From IMG/VR virus record IMGVR_UViG_3300013232_000195: a stretch of 64,000 nt of DNA, one strand, 5' to 3'. A model generated the notes under the pieces. That model was not told the origin of the DNA, ran no database searches, and worked only from the letters and a program-made list of their open reading frames with translations. Position numbers and translations under genes: made by a program. This DNA is from an uncultured virus (IMG/VR IMGVR_UViG_3300013232_000195). Taxonomy: Duplodnaviria > Heunggongvirae > Uroviricota > Caudoviricetes. Positions 1-11,100 of the stretch are shown here, in pieces (within the stretch, counting starts at the first letter, position 1; each line of letters begins with the position of its first letter).

Positions 1-2
1 CA

Positions 3-3000
3 TCTGGTTTCAGTGGTCATAGCGGAACGTCTGCATATTCTGGAGCGAGTGGAAATAGCGGATTCTCTGGAGCTAGTGGTCAATCAGGCAGCTCAGGATT
101 ATCTGCCTTTAGTGGTATTTCTGGGTATAGCGGAGTAAGCGGATACAGTGGAATTAGCGGGACCTCTGGACAATCTGCATTCTCTGGATATAGTGGAGTA
201 AGCGCATTCTCTGGAACCAGTGGGCAGAGCGGATATTCTAGCTTCTCTGGATTCTCTGGTTACTCTGGCTTGAGTAGTATGTCTGGAGCCAGTGGGTTCA
301 GCGGCATCGCGGCTGTAGACACGATGCCTACGCTGATCGCGAGGCATTCGCTTAACCAGAACTGCCAAACCAGCTTCACCAACGTACATTTTAACACGAA
401 CGTACTGAATCTGGCCTCCGAAATCACGCATTCCGAGACCATCGACAATGACAGGTTCTATGTCGGTACGACCGCCGAGTACCTGATCATCTCTAGACTG
501 CGTTCTGACACCGTCGACACGAGCGCTAGGCTCGCCATGAGGGCGCGGGTCGATGATTCAACGGTTCTGACCGATTCCACGTACGACACGGGTACTGGCC
601 CAGCAGCAGACTCGAATACCATCCATATTTCGTTCGTGGCCCGATTAACGGCTGGTACCTACATCACGATCCAAGCGTTGAAGAGTTCGAGCGGAGAGTC
701 GTGGCTCGCGACGGACACAATGGTTCAGTTCGTCAAGATGACTGGCGTGTCTGGGTATTCTGGATTCAGCAGTGATTCGGGTTATTCTGGCTACTCTGGA
801 CCATCTGGTATCTCTGGTTATAGCGGTTTCTCTGGTACCTACTCTGGATTCTCTGGTCAATCTGGCTTGATCGGGCAATCTGGTTTCAGTGGTCAACCAG
901 GTTATTCTGGGACTATCGGTGACAGTGGATATTCTGGTACGTCTGGATTTTCTGGCGCATTCAGCGGTATGTCTGGCTCATCTGGATTCAGCGGTCAAGA
1001 AGGACCAGTAGGCCCTAGTGGGGTTGGGTACAGCGGGGCATCTGGGTTTAGCGGCATCATTAGTGGAATAAACGAAGAGCATAACACTGCGTTTGTGGAT
1101 GGGACTTATGGATCCGACGTCACTGGTGAGGTGGAGAACAGGAGGCTCCCGTTTGCGACCATCCAAGCCGCTATTGATGCTTGTGTCGCGCTTGGGCCAT
1201 CTGCGAACGAAGTTTTCAGCGTCTCAATACGGCCTGGTCAGTACGTCGAAGACATCGAGATGTACGACTATGTTAACTTGAAGGGCTCTGGCGACAACTA
1301 CGACACGGACATTCAAGGAACTGTAACATTCGGAGCCAATGTATCAGCTTCTTCTGAGATAGACGATTGTAATATAACAAGTTCAAATGCGCCTTGTGCT
1401 ATTGTCAACTGCGCAGAAGACCTTGCATATGCATCTATTGGTACTTGTTGGATGCAGGCGTTCTACGACTCTGACCAAGCCGTGTCTTGCTGTCTTCAGG
1501 TACAGCGTGGGTGGGCATATGCGTACGCTGGAACCGAAATGGACGTAACTAAGACCAACTCGTTTGCTGGCGAGAATGTAGTTACAACGGTATGGATAAC
1601 GGGAAGTGATTTGTGCAGGTTTGACAATGCTGGCGGAACGATGTATAATTATACGTATGACGATGATGATATAGTATCAATCGTTTATAACGACAATACA
1701 GCTGCTGGAACATATACAAACGTATCTGGTGGATACTCAGAGATTCAGGCGCTTGGAACTAGTCCAGCAAATAAGGTATTGCTTGTATATCACGACGGAT
1801 CTGTTTCCACGACGATTATGTCTTCGTCTACGCTCGCTGCTTACTTTCCATTTTTCCCAGCTCACGCGTGTGATTTTATTTTGGCTCTAAGTGATGGCGC
1901 TGGATCTCTGTCTGTGATTTCTATATCCAATTTTGGCGTAAGCGTTATTGGAGGGAATGAAGGGCAAGTATTCTCATGTGGAGCGACAGGTGTTTTTGAT
2001 GTCGTGTCTCTTGATAACGTTCTTATATCTGATTATGCTGGAGAGGATAGGTTTGTTCCGAGGTACACGGCGCTTGGTTCGAATGGTACTTGTTTATATG
2101 TTGGAACTAATGATAAGGCATCATTATTCTTGTCTGGACACTTCGAAGCTCGTGGATTCGGAAACGCAATTGTTCCAACCACGAATCCAATATACGGGTT
2201 CTCTGGAAACGACTACTCAGTTTTAGCCGACACAACTTCAAACGATGTCACGGTAGTTTTGCCTGCGTGGGCATATAACGGACAAGTTGCAAACATAAAG
2301 AAGGTTGCTACTGCTAATACGGTATGGATAGATGGGGTCACCAAGGGGATTGACAACCTTGGATACTCAATGTCGTTGGTCGAGAACAATGAATCTATTA
2401 CATTACAGTATTACAGTGGATTCAGTGGATGGTATAGGATTGGTCTTGGAGCCAGTGGCGCTAGTGGATCATCTGGGTCATCTGGGTCATCTGGACATAG
2501 TGGTCTGAGCGGTCTATCTGGATATTCAGCTTACTCTGGGCATAGCGGGACATCTGGCTACTCAGCATTCTCTGGATCAAGTGGAACAAGCGGATATTCA
2601 GCATTCAGTGGTCAATCTGGATACAGTGGTTTGTCTGGTTCTAGTGGGTTCAGCGGACAAGGCTTTTCTGGACCGAGCGGTCCATCTGGAACCTCTGGGT
2701 ACTCAGGAGACTCAGGAACGTCGGGGTCATCTGGTTATTCGGCATACTCTGGTTCTAGTGGTACCTCTGGATACAGTGGTTTGTCTGGTTCTAGTGGGTT
2801 CAGCGGACAAGGTTTCTCTGGGCCGAGCGGCCCATCTGGGTACTCGGGATACAGCGGATGGAGCGGAGAGTCTGGTCTTAGTGGATTTAGCGGACATTCT
2901 GGAACGAGCGGTTTTTCTGGTTCATCATTTGATCCTGTTGGATTTTCTGGAGACCTTCTGGTTAGAAACTCGTCGTTGCCAAACGATGCCTCTTGGAGGG

Positions 3001-3224
3001 ACGAGACATGGTTTGTCGTTACGGGAGTCGACAAAACAATCAATCGTGACGGGGCGGGTACGATAGAGAGCGTGAGCTACGCGAACGGGACGTGGCTCGT
3101 GTACAATAGGGACATAGACGGGGATCTGTCCAGCGTCGTCGCGTTCTCCTCCATGTACGGATCTAGGACGAAGACGCTGAATAGGGACGGGAACAAGGTT
3201 CTCACAGGGGTCACGTACACCTAA
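3..3224 (+). CDS. Ser-Gly-X repeat fibre-like protein with central pectin-lyase-like beta-helix and tail-fibre-like domains (5' truncated by window edge)
   Basis: Frame of ORF 270..3224 is open back to base 3 (SGFSGHSGTSAYSG...). SGX tracts flank AFVDGTYGSD...PFATIQAAID...IRPGQYVE (typical beta-helix start) and DYSVLADTTSNDVTVVLPA...IKKV (phage fibre-like motif). Confidence 0.7.
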   Translation, partial: SGFSGHSGTSAYSGASGNSGFSGASGQSGSSGLSAFSGISGYSGVSGYSGISGTSGQSAFSGYSGVSAFSGTSGQSGYSSFSGFSGYSGLSSMSGASGFSGIAAVDTMPTLIARHSLNQNCQTSFTNVHFNTNVLNLASEITHSETIDNDRFYVGTTAEYLIISRLRSDTVDTSARLAMRARVDDSTVLTDSTYDTGTGPAADSNTIHISFVARLTAGTYITIQALKSSSGESWLATDTMVQFVKMTGVSGYSGFSSDSGYSGYSGPSGISGYSGFSGTYSGFSGQSGLIGQSGFSGQPGYSGTIGDSGYSGTSGFSGAFSGMSGSSGFSGQEGPVGPSGVGYSGASGFSGIISGINEEHNTAFVDGTYGSDVTGEVENRRLPFATIQAAIDACVALGPSANEVFSVSIRPGQYVEDIEMYDYVNLKGSGDNYDTDIQGTVTFGANVSASSEIDDCNITSSNAPCAIVNCAEDLAYASIGTCWMQAFYDSDQAVSCCLQVQRGWAYAYAGTEMDVTKTNSFAGENVVTTVWITGSDLCRFDNAGGTMYNYTYDDDDIVSIVYNDNTAAGTYTNVSGGYSEIQALGTSPANKVLLVYHDGSVSTTIMSSSTLAAYFPFFPAHACDFILALSDGAGSLSVISISNFGVSVIGGNEGQVFSCGATGVFDVVSLDNVLISDYAGEDRFVPRYTALGSNGTCLYVGTNDKASLFLSGHFEARGFGNAIVPTTNPIYGFSGNDYSVLADTTSNDVTVVLPAWAYNGQVANIKKVATANTVWIDGVTKGIDNLGYSMSLVENNESITLQYYSGFSGWYRIGLGASGASGSSGSSGSSGHSGLSGLSGYSAYSGHSGTSGYSAFSGSSGTSGYSAFSGQSGYSGLSGSSGFSGQGFSGPSGPSGTSGYSGDSGTSGSSGYSAYSGSSGTSGYSGLSGSSGFSGQGFSGPSGPSGYSGYSGWSGESGLSGFSGHSGTSGFSGSSFDPVGFSGDLLVRNSSLPNDASWRDETWFVVTGVDKTINRDGAGTIESVSYANGTWLVYNRDIDGDLSSVVAFSSMYGSRTKTLNRDGNKVLTGVTYT

Positions 3225-6200
3225 TGGCTACCATATCAACAAACACGACTCTCGACGCCGCTTCTAGATCTGCTGGGGAGACGATGTCCATCACGTCTGG
3301 TGCCCAACTAAAGATCCACACGGACACGAGGTGGCATGCTAACAGCCCTGCATCCATGACTGGATCCATGGGAGCGTACACGATAACGCAAGGAGAGGTC
3401 CTCATTGATGCCTCGGCCACACGATGGCTGGCTTTCGATACTGGATCGAGTACCGTCCCAGCCATTGGAACATCGGTGACGCAAGGCGGAGTATCCGCCT
3501 CGTACCTGCTCGGGGTATACGCCAGCCTGACGTCTGCTCCAACCGCCGTCGGAGCAGCCATGCCACTAACGGGATTTTTGAAGTTTCGTGAGGTAACTGG
3601 AACTTTCGCCGCTGGTGCGCTGACTGGCATTGGAGCCAACGCCACTGGGGCGGACGTCGCTGGATGGATTGAGGTCGTTGCCGACGTTGCGGCGGGTACC
3701 ACGATGACGGTTCCTAGGCTCGGAAAATGGACCCATAGGGGGGACTGGTTTTACTTGGACAACACCACTGGAAGCGTGGCTCAAGTTCTTCAAGTACCGA
3801 CCAACGGAGGAGGATCTGGTACCCACTGTCCAGGGGTTTGGATAGAGACGTCGGTCGGATCGGGGACGTATGAGTTCTGGCCCGCCTTGGCGTCTACGGC
3901 TGGATGGTCGGTCTCGAATTTGTCGATGAACCTTGGGGCCACCGACGACAGGCAGAAGTTCGTCAAGACCACAGGCGACGGCCAGATGCAGATCGGCGAA
4001 AACGTAACGCAGTCTTCCACATATACCTGGGCCGCCAACGTGGTCACGGTTACGTTCGCATCGCATGGCTTGGCCATAGGGCAAAAAGTTGACGTTACAT
4101 TCACGTCTGGCGGAGGAACGCCAAACGGCGTGTACACCGTTGCCTCGGTTCCGACGGCCAGTACCTATACGTTTGCCCTGACTGGGTCGGGGACGGCTGG
4201 TAATTTGGACGCCAAATTCACCATCGGCAAGGTTCCTGTCAGCGGCTTGAAAACAAGGGTTCCAAACATATTCATGCGTCAATGCGCAACTGGGACACGG
4301 GCGACGAACGCCGCTCCGAGCGGAACGATTGCCAACCGCCCCGAGTTTGCTACGACGACCGCTGGGGCCATTGACGTGGAGTACGCCTATGGAGACTGGT
4401 ATTGGCTCCTATCCCAAGCCTATTCTGTGTCTTTGAAATACTGGGCGGGGTTTGACACCCTCAACATCCAAGAATGCGCAACGAGCGTCACCTTGTTGGA
4501 CGGCGGATGTGGCATGTACGGCTCCTTGGACGTCAGGGCGTTGCAACTTACGTCGTGTTTCGCTGGCGGTACCGTGACGAACTGGAACGCCCCCCGAGGC
4601 AACGCGCCAGGAGCCACTGACCATTCCATTGAAGTCTTGCAATGTAAGAGCATAGACTTCACCAACGTGAAGTCAGGGATCGTCGGGTTTGCTAGGAATA
4701 CTGGATACCCGTTCTCGGTCAACCAGTCGGACTCTATAACGTTCACGAGTTGTACCTCGTTCAACGGGCCATTATCCTTCACGACATGTACGAACTGCCA
4801 GGTTGACGACCACGACCATTGCGACCGATATACTGGGATGACCAATGCGACGACTGGAGTTTATGCCGTACAGGTGATCACGAAGTCGGACAACGTACTG
4901 GTTGATGGCCTGACGTTCGGTCTTGGGGGTACGATCACGGAGTGTCACCCATACTTGGGGCTCTTCTTGGCCACGGCGTCGTCGAACGTCCGTTTCAGAA
5001 ACGCGGGTTCAAGGACTTCGATCCTTAGCGGTGGTACGTCAAGCCCCGCATACGTGTTCGTCAGTGGTGGCAACAACGACGGAGTCAAGGTACAGCGATG
5101 CTACTTGCAGCCGACTAGAACAGGGGTTCTCTCGACCATCAATACAGATACAAACATGATCTACGAGAACGTGTTTGGGGACTACGCCGATACCTCCGTA
5201 ATAGCGAGCCTAAATTCGGCAGTCAAAGGCATCGCTGGAACTAACACTACGACTGGGCAGGCCTCTGTGTACGGGACTCATTTCATAGATTGTATAACCT
5301 CGGACATAACGGGAAGGTATGTTCTAGCATGTAATGAGCCTACCACGGAAACCAGTACGTATGTTACACTGACGGGTACGGCTGCTTTCAACAGCTCTGG
5401 CGGTCTCCTCATGGGGACTATCGGAGACACGGCGATCATCGAGGATGAGTATTTCAGAAAGGGTTACACGGCGTTTGAGAATTCGACTCCCACGATGTCT
5501 GGTGGTACGGCGTCTAACTACACGATAGAGTACGACATCGACGTCAATGACGGGAACGGGTTTACTGGCTCATGGACCGCCCTGACTGGGGCCAACCTCA
5601 ACGCTGAGACAATAAGTCCCTCCGATGGGTTCAGGCTCAAGATACGGTTCACGACGACCAGTACGAACACGACCGCGATAACGTACTACAGGATCAACAT
5701 GACGACCACGGCTGTCGCCCAAGAAAACCTTTACACGATGGATCCCGTGGACGCAACCTATACTCTCACTGGGCTGGATCTGGGAACCGAAGTAGTCCTT
5801 TTTGACTCGTCGAACGTAGAGCTAAAGAGGCAAACACTAGACATCTACTCGCCAGACTTTGTGTACTCTTATACATGGGATGAGGTTGATATAACAGGTT
5901 GTTACGTACTCATATGGAAGAGCGACAGGATACCAATAAAGATAACTGGGATAACCTTGTCAGACGAGTCGGTTAGCGTCCCAATTTTTCAATCGGATGA
6001 CTTGGTTTACTCCGCCCCGGCATCGACCATCAGTACGTTCAACTCGGGGTCAAAACTGCAAATACTCGACTCTGGCGTAACGACGGCTCCAGTCCCTCAG
6101 TTGTACTCGGAATGGAAGGATTGGATTCTAGTAGGGAGCAATGCTCAATACGACTTTGCCTACTCAGCCATTGGCGGAAATACCATTGCTGGTTCGAAGT

Positions 6201-6589
6201 CAATCCCGAAATACGCATTCCAAGAAAATGGGTGGAAGATCAGGCCAGACGAGGCGAATCATACGCTCAATGTCACGGAGGGCATCATCGTCGGGGAGTC
6301 ATCGGCTGACCCGTTTGTTGACACGCTTGGAGCATATACCGTCAGGATCAACTACGAGCAGCCTGTACAGGCGATCTCCGTGACGACTTCTGGGAGTAGC
6401 CTGACTGCTGCGGAGGTATGGGGTTACGTTAGCCGTAAGTTGACCTCCGTTGGTATCTCTGAAATACAAAACGGACTAGCTCTTGATGCTGACATCCAAG
6501 ATATCAAGGGGACAGGATTCGACTCGTCCAAAGATAACTTGGTTCAGATTCGTAAAAAAGCTCAAGATGCTGCCGACCTTAGTGCTTAG
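3224..6589 (+). CDS. Large putative virion/tail-associated protein, Thr/Gly-rich, with probable right-handed beta-helix
   Basis: 1121 aa, start overlaps the upstream stop (TAATG). Contains TYTWAANVVTVTFASHGLAIGQKVDVTF (recurrent phage structural motif) and a Cys/Asn-laddered central region. Confidence 0.55.
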   Translation: MATISTNTTLDAASRSAGETMSITSGAQLKIHTDTRWHANSPASMTGSMGAYTITQGEVLIDASATRWLAFDTGSSTVPAIGTSVTQGGVSASYLLGVYASLTSAPTAVGAAMPLTGFLKFREVTGTFAAGALTGIGANATGADVAGWIEVVADVAAGTTMTVPRLGKWTHRGDWFYLDNTTGSVAQVLQVPTNGGGSGTHCPGVWIETSVGSGTYEFWPALASTAGWSVSNLSMNLGATDDRQKFVKTTGDGQMQIGENVTQSSTYTWAANVVTVTFASHGLAIGQKVDVTFTSGGGTPNGVYTVASVPTASTYTFALTGSGTAGNLDAKFTIGKVPVSGLKTRVPNIFMRQCATGTRATNAAPSGTIANRPEFATTTAGAIDVEYAYGDWYWLLSQAYSVSLKYWAGFDTLNIQECATSVTLLDGGCGMYGSLDVRALQLTSCFAGGTVTNWNAPRGNAPGATDHSIEVLQCKSIDFTNVKSGIVGFARNTGYPFSVNQSDSITFTSCTSFNGPLSFTTCTNCQVDDHDHCDRYTGMTNATTGVYAVQVITKSDNVLVDGLTFGLGGTITECHPYLGLFLATASSNVRFRNAGSRTSILSGGTSSPAYVFVSGGNNDGVKVQRCYLQPTRTGVLSTINTDTNMIYENVFGDYADTSVIASLNSAVKGIAGTNTTTGQASVYGTHFIDCITSDITGRYVLACNEPTTETSTYVTLTGTAAFNSSGGLLMGTIGDTAIIEDEYFRKGYTAFENSTPTMSGGTASNYTIEYDIDVNDGNGFTGSWTALTGANLNAETISPSDGFRLKIRFTTTSTNTTAITYYRINMTTTAVAQENLYTMDPVDATYTLTGLDLGTEVVLFDSSNVELKRQTLDIYSPDFVYSYTWDEVDITGCYVLIWKSDRIPIKITGITLSDESVSVPIFQSDDLVYSAPASTISTFNSGSKLQILDSGVTTAPVPQLYSEWKDWILVGSNAQYDFAYSAIGGNTIAGSKSIPKYAFQENGWKIRPDEANHTLNVTEGIIVGESSADPFVDTLGAYTVRINYEQPVQAISVTTSGSSLTAAEVWGYVSRKLTSVGISEIQNGLALDADIQDIKGTGFDSSKDNLVQIRKKAQDAADLSA

Positions 6590-6608
6590 TAAATACGAGT
6601 CAAACTAG

Positions 6609-6643
6609 CCCTCTATAGAGGGAAATGCAACCACGTAGCCAAA
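6609..6643 (+). promoter_or_regulatory. 14-bp palindrome overlapping a candidate AGG-N-AA bipartite promoter
   Basis: CCCTCTATAGAGGG at 6609-6622 is a perfect palindrome; GAGGG-16 nt-CCAAA at 6618-6643. Confidence 0.35.
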
Positions 6644-6683
6644 TGAGGTCATAGAGGCGACATCGTACGCCTAGGGGAGTTTC

Positions 6684-7790
6684 ATGCCTTCAGGTACCTA
6701 TAAATTTAGGGGCATATCTGGGGCCTCTGGCCAGTCTGGTTGGTCAGGCTTCAGTGGAACTGGATTCTCTGGACCCTCAGGCCCCAGTGGTACGTCTGGT
6801 TTCAGCGGCATAGGCCAGTCTGGTTTCAGCGGCATATCTTCAATCACCATTACAACGGCTCAGTTTGTTGTTCCAGCAGTCAATAGTACAGTTTCAATTT
6901 CAGTCGATTCGTCAGCGGGGTTCTCAGTAGGACAAGTTGTTTATATTGAAGGCGCTGGCTATTATGAAATCACATCAATTCCAGATGGTACAACATTAAT
7001 AGTTGAAAACCTTGGTTATCCAGGCAACGTGGCCCCAGCAACCGTTATTCCTCTTGGTCAACAAGTTTCTTCTTCTGGCCCGATTGGATTAAGCGGCTTC
7101 AGTGGAGCTGGATTCTCTGGACCTTCAGGTCAGTCTGGTTTTAGTGGTCTGTCAGGTTTTAGCGGTACATTCAGCGGCGAAAGCGGAATGTCTGGAACCT
7201 CTGGCGGATCAGGCGCTAGCGGTGAATCTGGGTATTCTGGTCTGTCTGGCACATCAGGACAAGTTGGTGATAGTGGACATAGCGGTGTAAGTGGTGAGTC
7301 TGGAGGGTCTGGGACTAGCGGTTTCTCTGGTGAGGGAACAAGCGGACAATCAGGCCTGTCTGGTACATCGGGTTATTCTGGCATAGGGACATCAGGAGAG
7401 AGCGGCCAAAGTGGTTGGTCTGGCGCTTCTGGTATAGGCTCTTCTGGATTCAGCGGTGAACTAGGATCCAGCGGATTCTCGGGTCTGTCAGGCTGGAGTG
7501 GTCTTGGATTTTCAGGCCCTAGTGGACCTTCAGGCGAGTCTGGGTTCAGCGGCCTATCTGGTTGGAGTGGCTTAGGATTTTCGGGTCCTTCAGGACCTTC
7601 TGGCGAGTCAGGATTCAGTGGATTGTCAGGCTGGAGTGGCCTCGGTTTCTCTGGTCCATCTGGTCCATCTGGAGCCTCTGGTTTCAGTGGTGGGTCAAGT
7701 CCTGGCGCATCTGGAACCAGCGGTTTCTCTGGAAGTGGTGGCGGAGCGAGGGATGATTTGCCTCTTGTGTGGAGTTGGATGGGTCTATAA
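6684..7790 (+). CDS. Ser-Gly-X repeat (collagen-like/PGII-like) protein with one small globular domain
   Basis: 368 aa; GGGGAG RBS; SGX tracts flank ITITTAQFVVPAVNSTVSISVDSSAGFSVGQVVYIEGAGYYEI. Confidence 0.75.
   Translation: MPSGTYKFRGISGASGQSGWSGFSGTGFSGPSGPSGTSGFSGIGQSGFSGISSITITTAQFVVPAVNSTVSISVDSSAGFSVGQVVYIEGAGYYEITSIPDGTTLIVENLGYPGNVAPATVIPLGQQVSSSGPIGLSGFSGAGFSGPSGQSGFSGLSGFSGTFSGESGMSGTSGGSGASGESGYSGLSGTSGQVGDSGHSGVSGESGGSGTSGFSGEGTSGQSGLSGTSGYSGIGTSGESGQSGWSGASGIGSSGFSGELGSSGFSGLSGWSGLGFSGPSGPSGESGFSGLSGWSGLGFSGPSGPSGESGFSGLSGWSGLGFSGPSGPSGASGFSGGSSPGASGTSGFSGSGGGARDDLPLVWSWMGL
7470..7676 (+). repeat. Three tandem 69-nt (23-aa) units SGFSGLSGWSGLGFSGPSGPSG(E/A)
   Basis: Copies start at 7470, 7539 and 7608; near-identical protein, strongly diverged synonymous codons. 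Confidence 0.85.
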
Positions 7791-7838
7791 ACGAGGATTG
7801 AAAGCTCTCTTCTATGAACAAGAGTACGAGGAGAATTC

Positions 7839-8186
7839 ATGCCCACTGTCACCCTTACACCGTCTCCAGTCGATGGGGTACTCAACGGTACCTCGGAGGT
7901 TACGATTGTAAGTCCTCCTTCTGCTGGTGTTAACAGACTCGTAAGGTGGCTCAGCATACACAACGCAGACGACAGGGACGTAGAATTGTTCTTGTATGTG
8001 GCGAATGGCGCGAGCAGGAGGATCGTTTTCCACGCCTCACTAAACCCAGGCGATACTTTCCATCTGGATTCCAGCGATGTGATGCCGCTGGATAGTAGCA
8101 GATCAATCGTAGCAAAGCTAGGCGCTCCTCCTAATTCCATCAATCCAGATTGGGTGGCTGGGTGGGCAGATCAATCGATAGCGTGA
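7839..8186 (+). CDS. Small beta-rich putative structural protein
   Basis: 115 aa, RBS GAGGAGA at 7828-7834, lies between two fibre genes. Confidence 0.6.
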   Translation: MPTVTLTPSPVDGVLNGTSEVTIVSPPSAGVNRLVRWLSIHNADDRDVELFLYVANGASRRIVFHASLNPGDTFHLDSSDVMPLDSSRSIVAKLGAPPNSINPDWVAGWADQSIA

Positions 8187-8190
8187 AACA

Positions 8191-11100
8191 ATGAGAGTCA
8201 TAGACAACCTAGGCAGAATAAAGGTCGTTCAAGACTCCTACTCGGGGATCTCTGGCTTTTCTGGGTTCTCTAGTCATTCTGGATTCAGTGGTTTTGTAGG
8301 TGAGTCTGGCCCATCAGGTCCATCTGGAGCCTCTGGTTTTAGCGGGCTTGGATTTTCTGGTGAGCAAGGACCGAGTGGTACTTCTGGCGTATCTGGATTT
8401 TCAAGTTTAAGTGGTACTAGTGGTACGAGCGGTACGAGTGGGGCAAGCGGAGAAAGTGGAGCAAGCGCCTTTAGTGGTGTAAGTGGATACTCTGGAGATA
8501 GTGGTACGTCTGGAGCGTCTGCTTTTAGTGGGACAAGCGGAGTAAGCGGATTCTCATCATTAAGCGGAACGTCTGGCCAGTCTGGATCATCTGGTTATAG
8601 CGCTTTCAGTGGAACGAGTGGGTACTCAGGTTATAGTGGAACGAGTGGGTACTCAGCTTTCTCTGGAGACAGCGGTACATCTGGTTACTCTGCATTTAGC
8701 GGATACAGTGGTGCTAGTGGATATTCTGCTTTCTCAGGACAAAGCGGCTCGTCTGGAACGAGCGGATACAGCGCATTTTCTGGCGTAAGCGGAACTTCTG
8801 GCTACTCGGCTTTTAGCGGTTCGAGTGGTTACAGTGGAAGCTCTGGATATTCTTCCTTCTCAGGTATAAGTGGTCAGTCTGGAGCTAGTGGATTCTCTGG
8901 ATTAAGTGGAACCAGCGGATTCTCATCTTTTAGCGGTCAATCTGGAACCAGTGGATATAGCGGAACAAGCGGCTACTCTGCATACTCTGGTGTTAGCGGG
9001 GCAAGTGGATATTCTGCCTTCTCTGGAACGAGTGGTACGTCGGGCTATTCGGCTTTCAGCGGAACTAGTGGTACGTCTGGCTATTCGGCTTTTAGCGGAA
9101 CAAGCGGACATAGTGGTACATCTGGATACTCAGCTTACTCTGGTACGAGCGGAACATCAGGTTACTCTGCTTTTAGTGGAACCAGTGGACACAGCGGAAC
9201 AAGCGGTTATTCGGCTTTCTCTGGAACAAGTGGTTCATCTGGAACCAGTGGCTTCTCTGGACAGAGCGGAGTAAGCGGTTTTTCTGCATATAGTGGTCAG
9301 TCTGGTACTAGCGGGTACAGTGGAAGCAGTGGAACAAGTGGCTACTCAGCTTTTAGCGGACAAAGCGGTACGTCTGGCTATTCGGCATTCTCTGGTATTA
9401 GCGGAACGAGTGGTTACTCAGCATTCTCTGGCATAAGCGGATATAGTGGAACTAGTGGCTATTCTGCCTACTCAGGCGCGAGCGGAACGTCTGGTTACTC
9501 GGCTTTTAGCGGAACAAGCGGACATAGTGGTACTTCAGGGTACTCAGCTTATTCTGGAACTAGCGGTACATCTGGGTACAGCGGATACTCTGGACAGAGT
9601 GGTACGAGTGGCTTCTCGGCATACAGTGGTCAATCTGGATCAAGCGGGTACAGTGGTACTAGCGGAACAAGCGGCTATTCAGCTTTCTCTGGAACAAGTG
9701 GTACGTCTGGTTACTCAGCCTTCAGCGGCGAGTCTGGTACGTCTGGATACTCAGCCTTCTCTGGAACTAGCGGATACAGTGGCTACTCTGCATTCTCTGG
9801 TGACAGTGGAACGTCTGGATACTCTGCTTTCTCAGGCACAAGCGGATACAGTGGTGTAAGTGGTTATTCAGCTTTCTCTGGGAACAGCGGCTCGTCTGGA
9901 ACGAGTGGTGTATCAGGACAAAGTGGATTAAGCGGATTCTCGGCATACAGTGGTCAATCAGGTACAAGTGGCTACAGCGGAAGCAGCGGAACGAGTGGTT
10001 ACTCTGCATTCTCTGGAGATAGTGGTACTAGTGGTTACTCTGCTTTTTCAGGTACAAGCGGAACTTCAGGACATAGCGCTTTTTCAGGATTAAGCGGAAC
10101 ATCAGGATCATCTGGATACAGTGGAACAAGTGGTTACTCTGCTTTCAGTGGAGAAAGCGGAACGAGTGGTTATTCTGCCTTTAGTGGTACATCAGGTCTT
10201 AGTGGTACTAGTGGAGTTTCTGGCGACAGCGGAACGTCAGGCTATAGTGGTCCATCTGGCACGAGCGGATATAGCGGTACGTCTGCATACTCTGGTTCTA
10301 GTGGATGGTCTGGATTGAGTGGATGGTCTGGTACTGATGGAAATCTAGGCGTCAGTGGTGATAGCGGCTGGAGCGGTGAGTCTGGAACATCTGGATCTAG
10401 TGGGTACAGTGGATACAGTGGTCAGTCTGGTGCAAGTGGATATAGTGGTACGTCTGCATACTCTGGTTCTAGTGGATGGTCTGGATTAAGTGGATGGTCT
10501 GGTACTGATGGAAATCTAGGCGTCAGTGGTGATAGTGGCTGGAGCGGGGAATCTGGGACGTCTGGGACAAGCGGATACAGTGGTCAGTCTGGTACGAGTG
10601 GCGCAAGCGCGTACTCTGGACTTAGCGGAACATCAGGTTTCAGTGGAGAGGGATTCTCAGGTCCTTCAGGTTCAAGCGGAACTAGTGGAACGAGCGGTAC
10701 AAGTGGATTAAGTGGTGATAGTGGCTATTCAGGCTCCAGCGGTACGTCTGGATATTCAGCTTTCTCTGGCGTAAGTGGTACTTCTGGATATAGTGCATTT
10801 AGTGGAACGAGCGGCTACAGTGGATATAGCGGGACGTCAGGCTACTCTGCTTTTAGCGGTACAAGTGGAACATCTGGCGCAAGCGGTACGTCTGGCTATT
10901 CGGCATTCTCTGGACAGAGCGGAACCTCAGGATATTCAGCATTTAGTGGTATTTCTGGATTAAGTGGAACATCTGGATTCTCTGGAGAGAGTGCGTATAG
11001 CGGTCAGTCTGGATCAAGTGGTTACAGCGGATATTCAGGTACATCTGGAACGTCTGCCTTTAGCGGGGCAAGCGGTTACAGCGGATCGTCTGGATACTCT

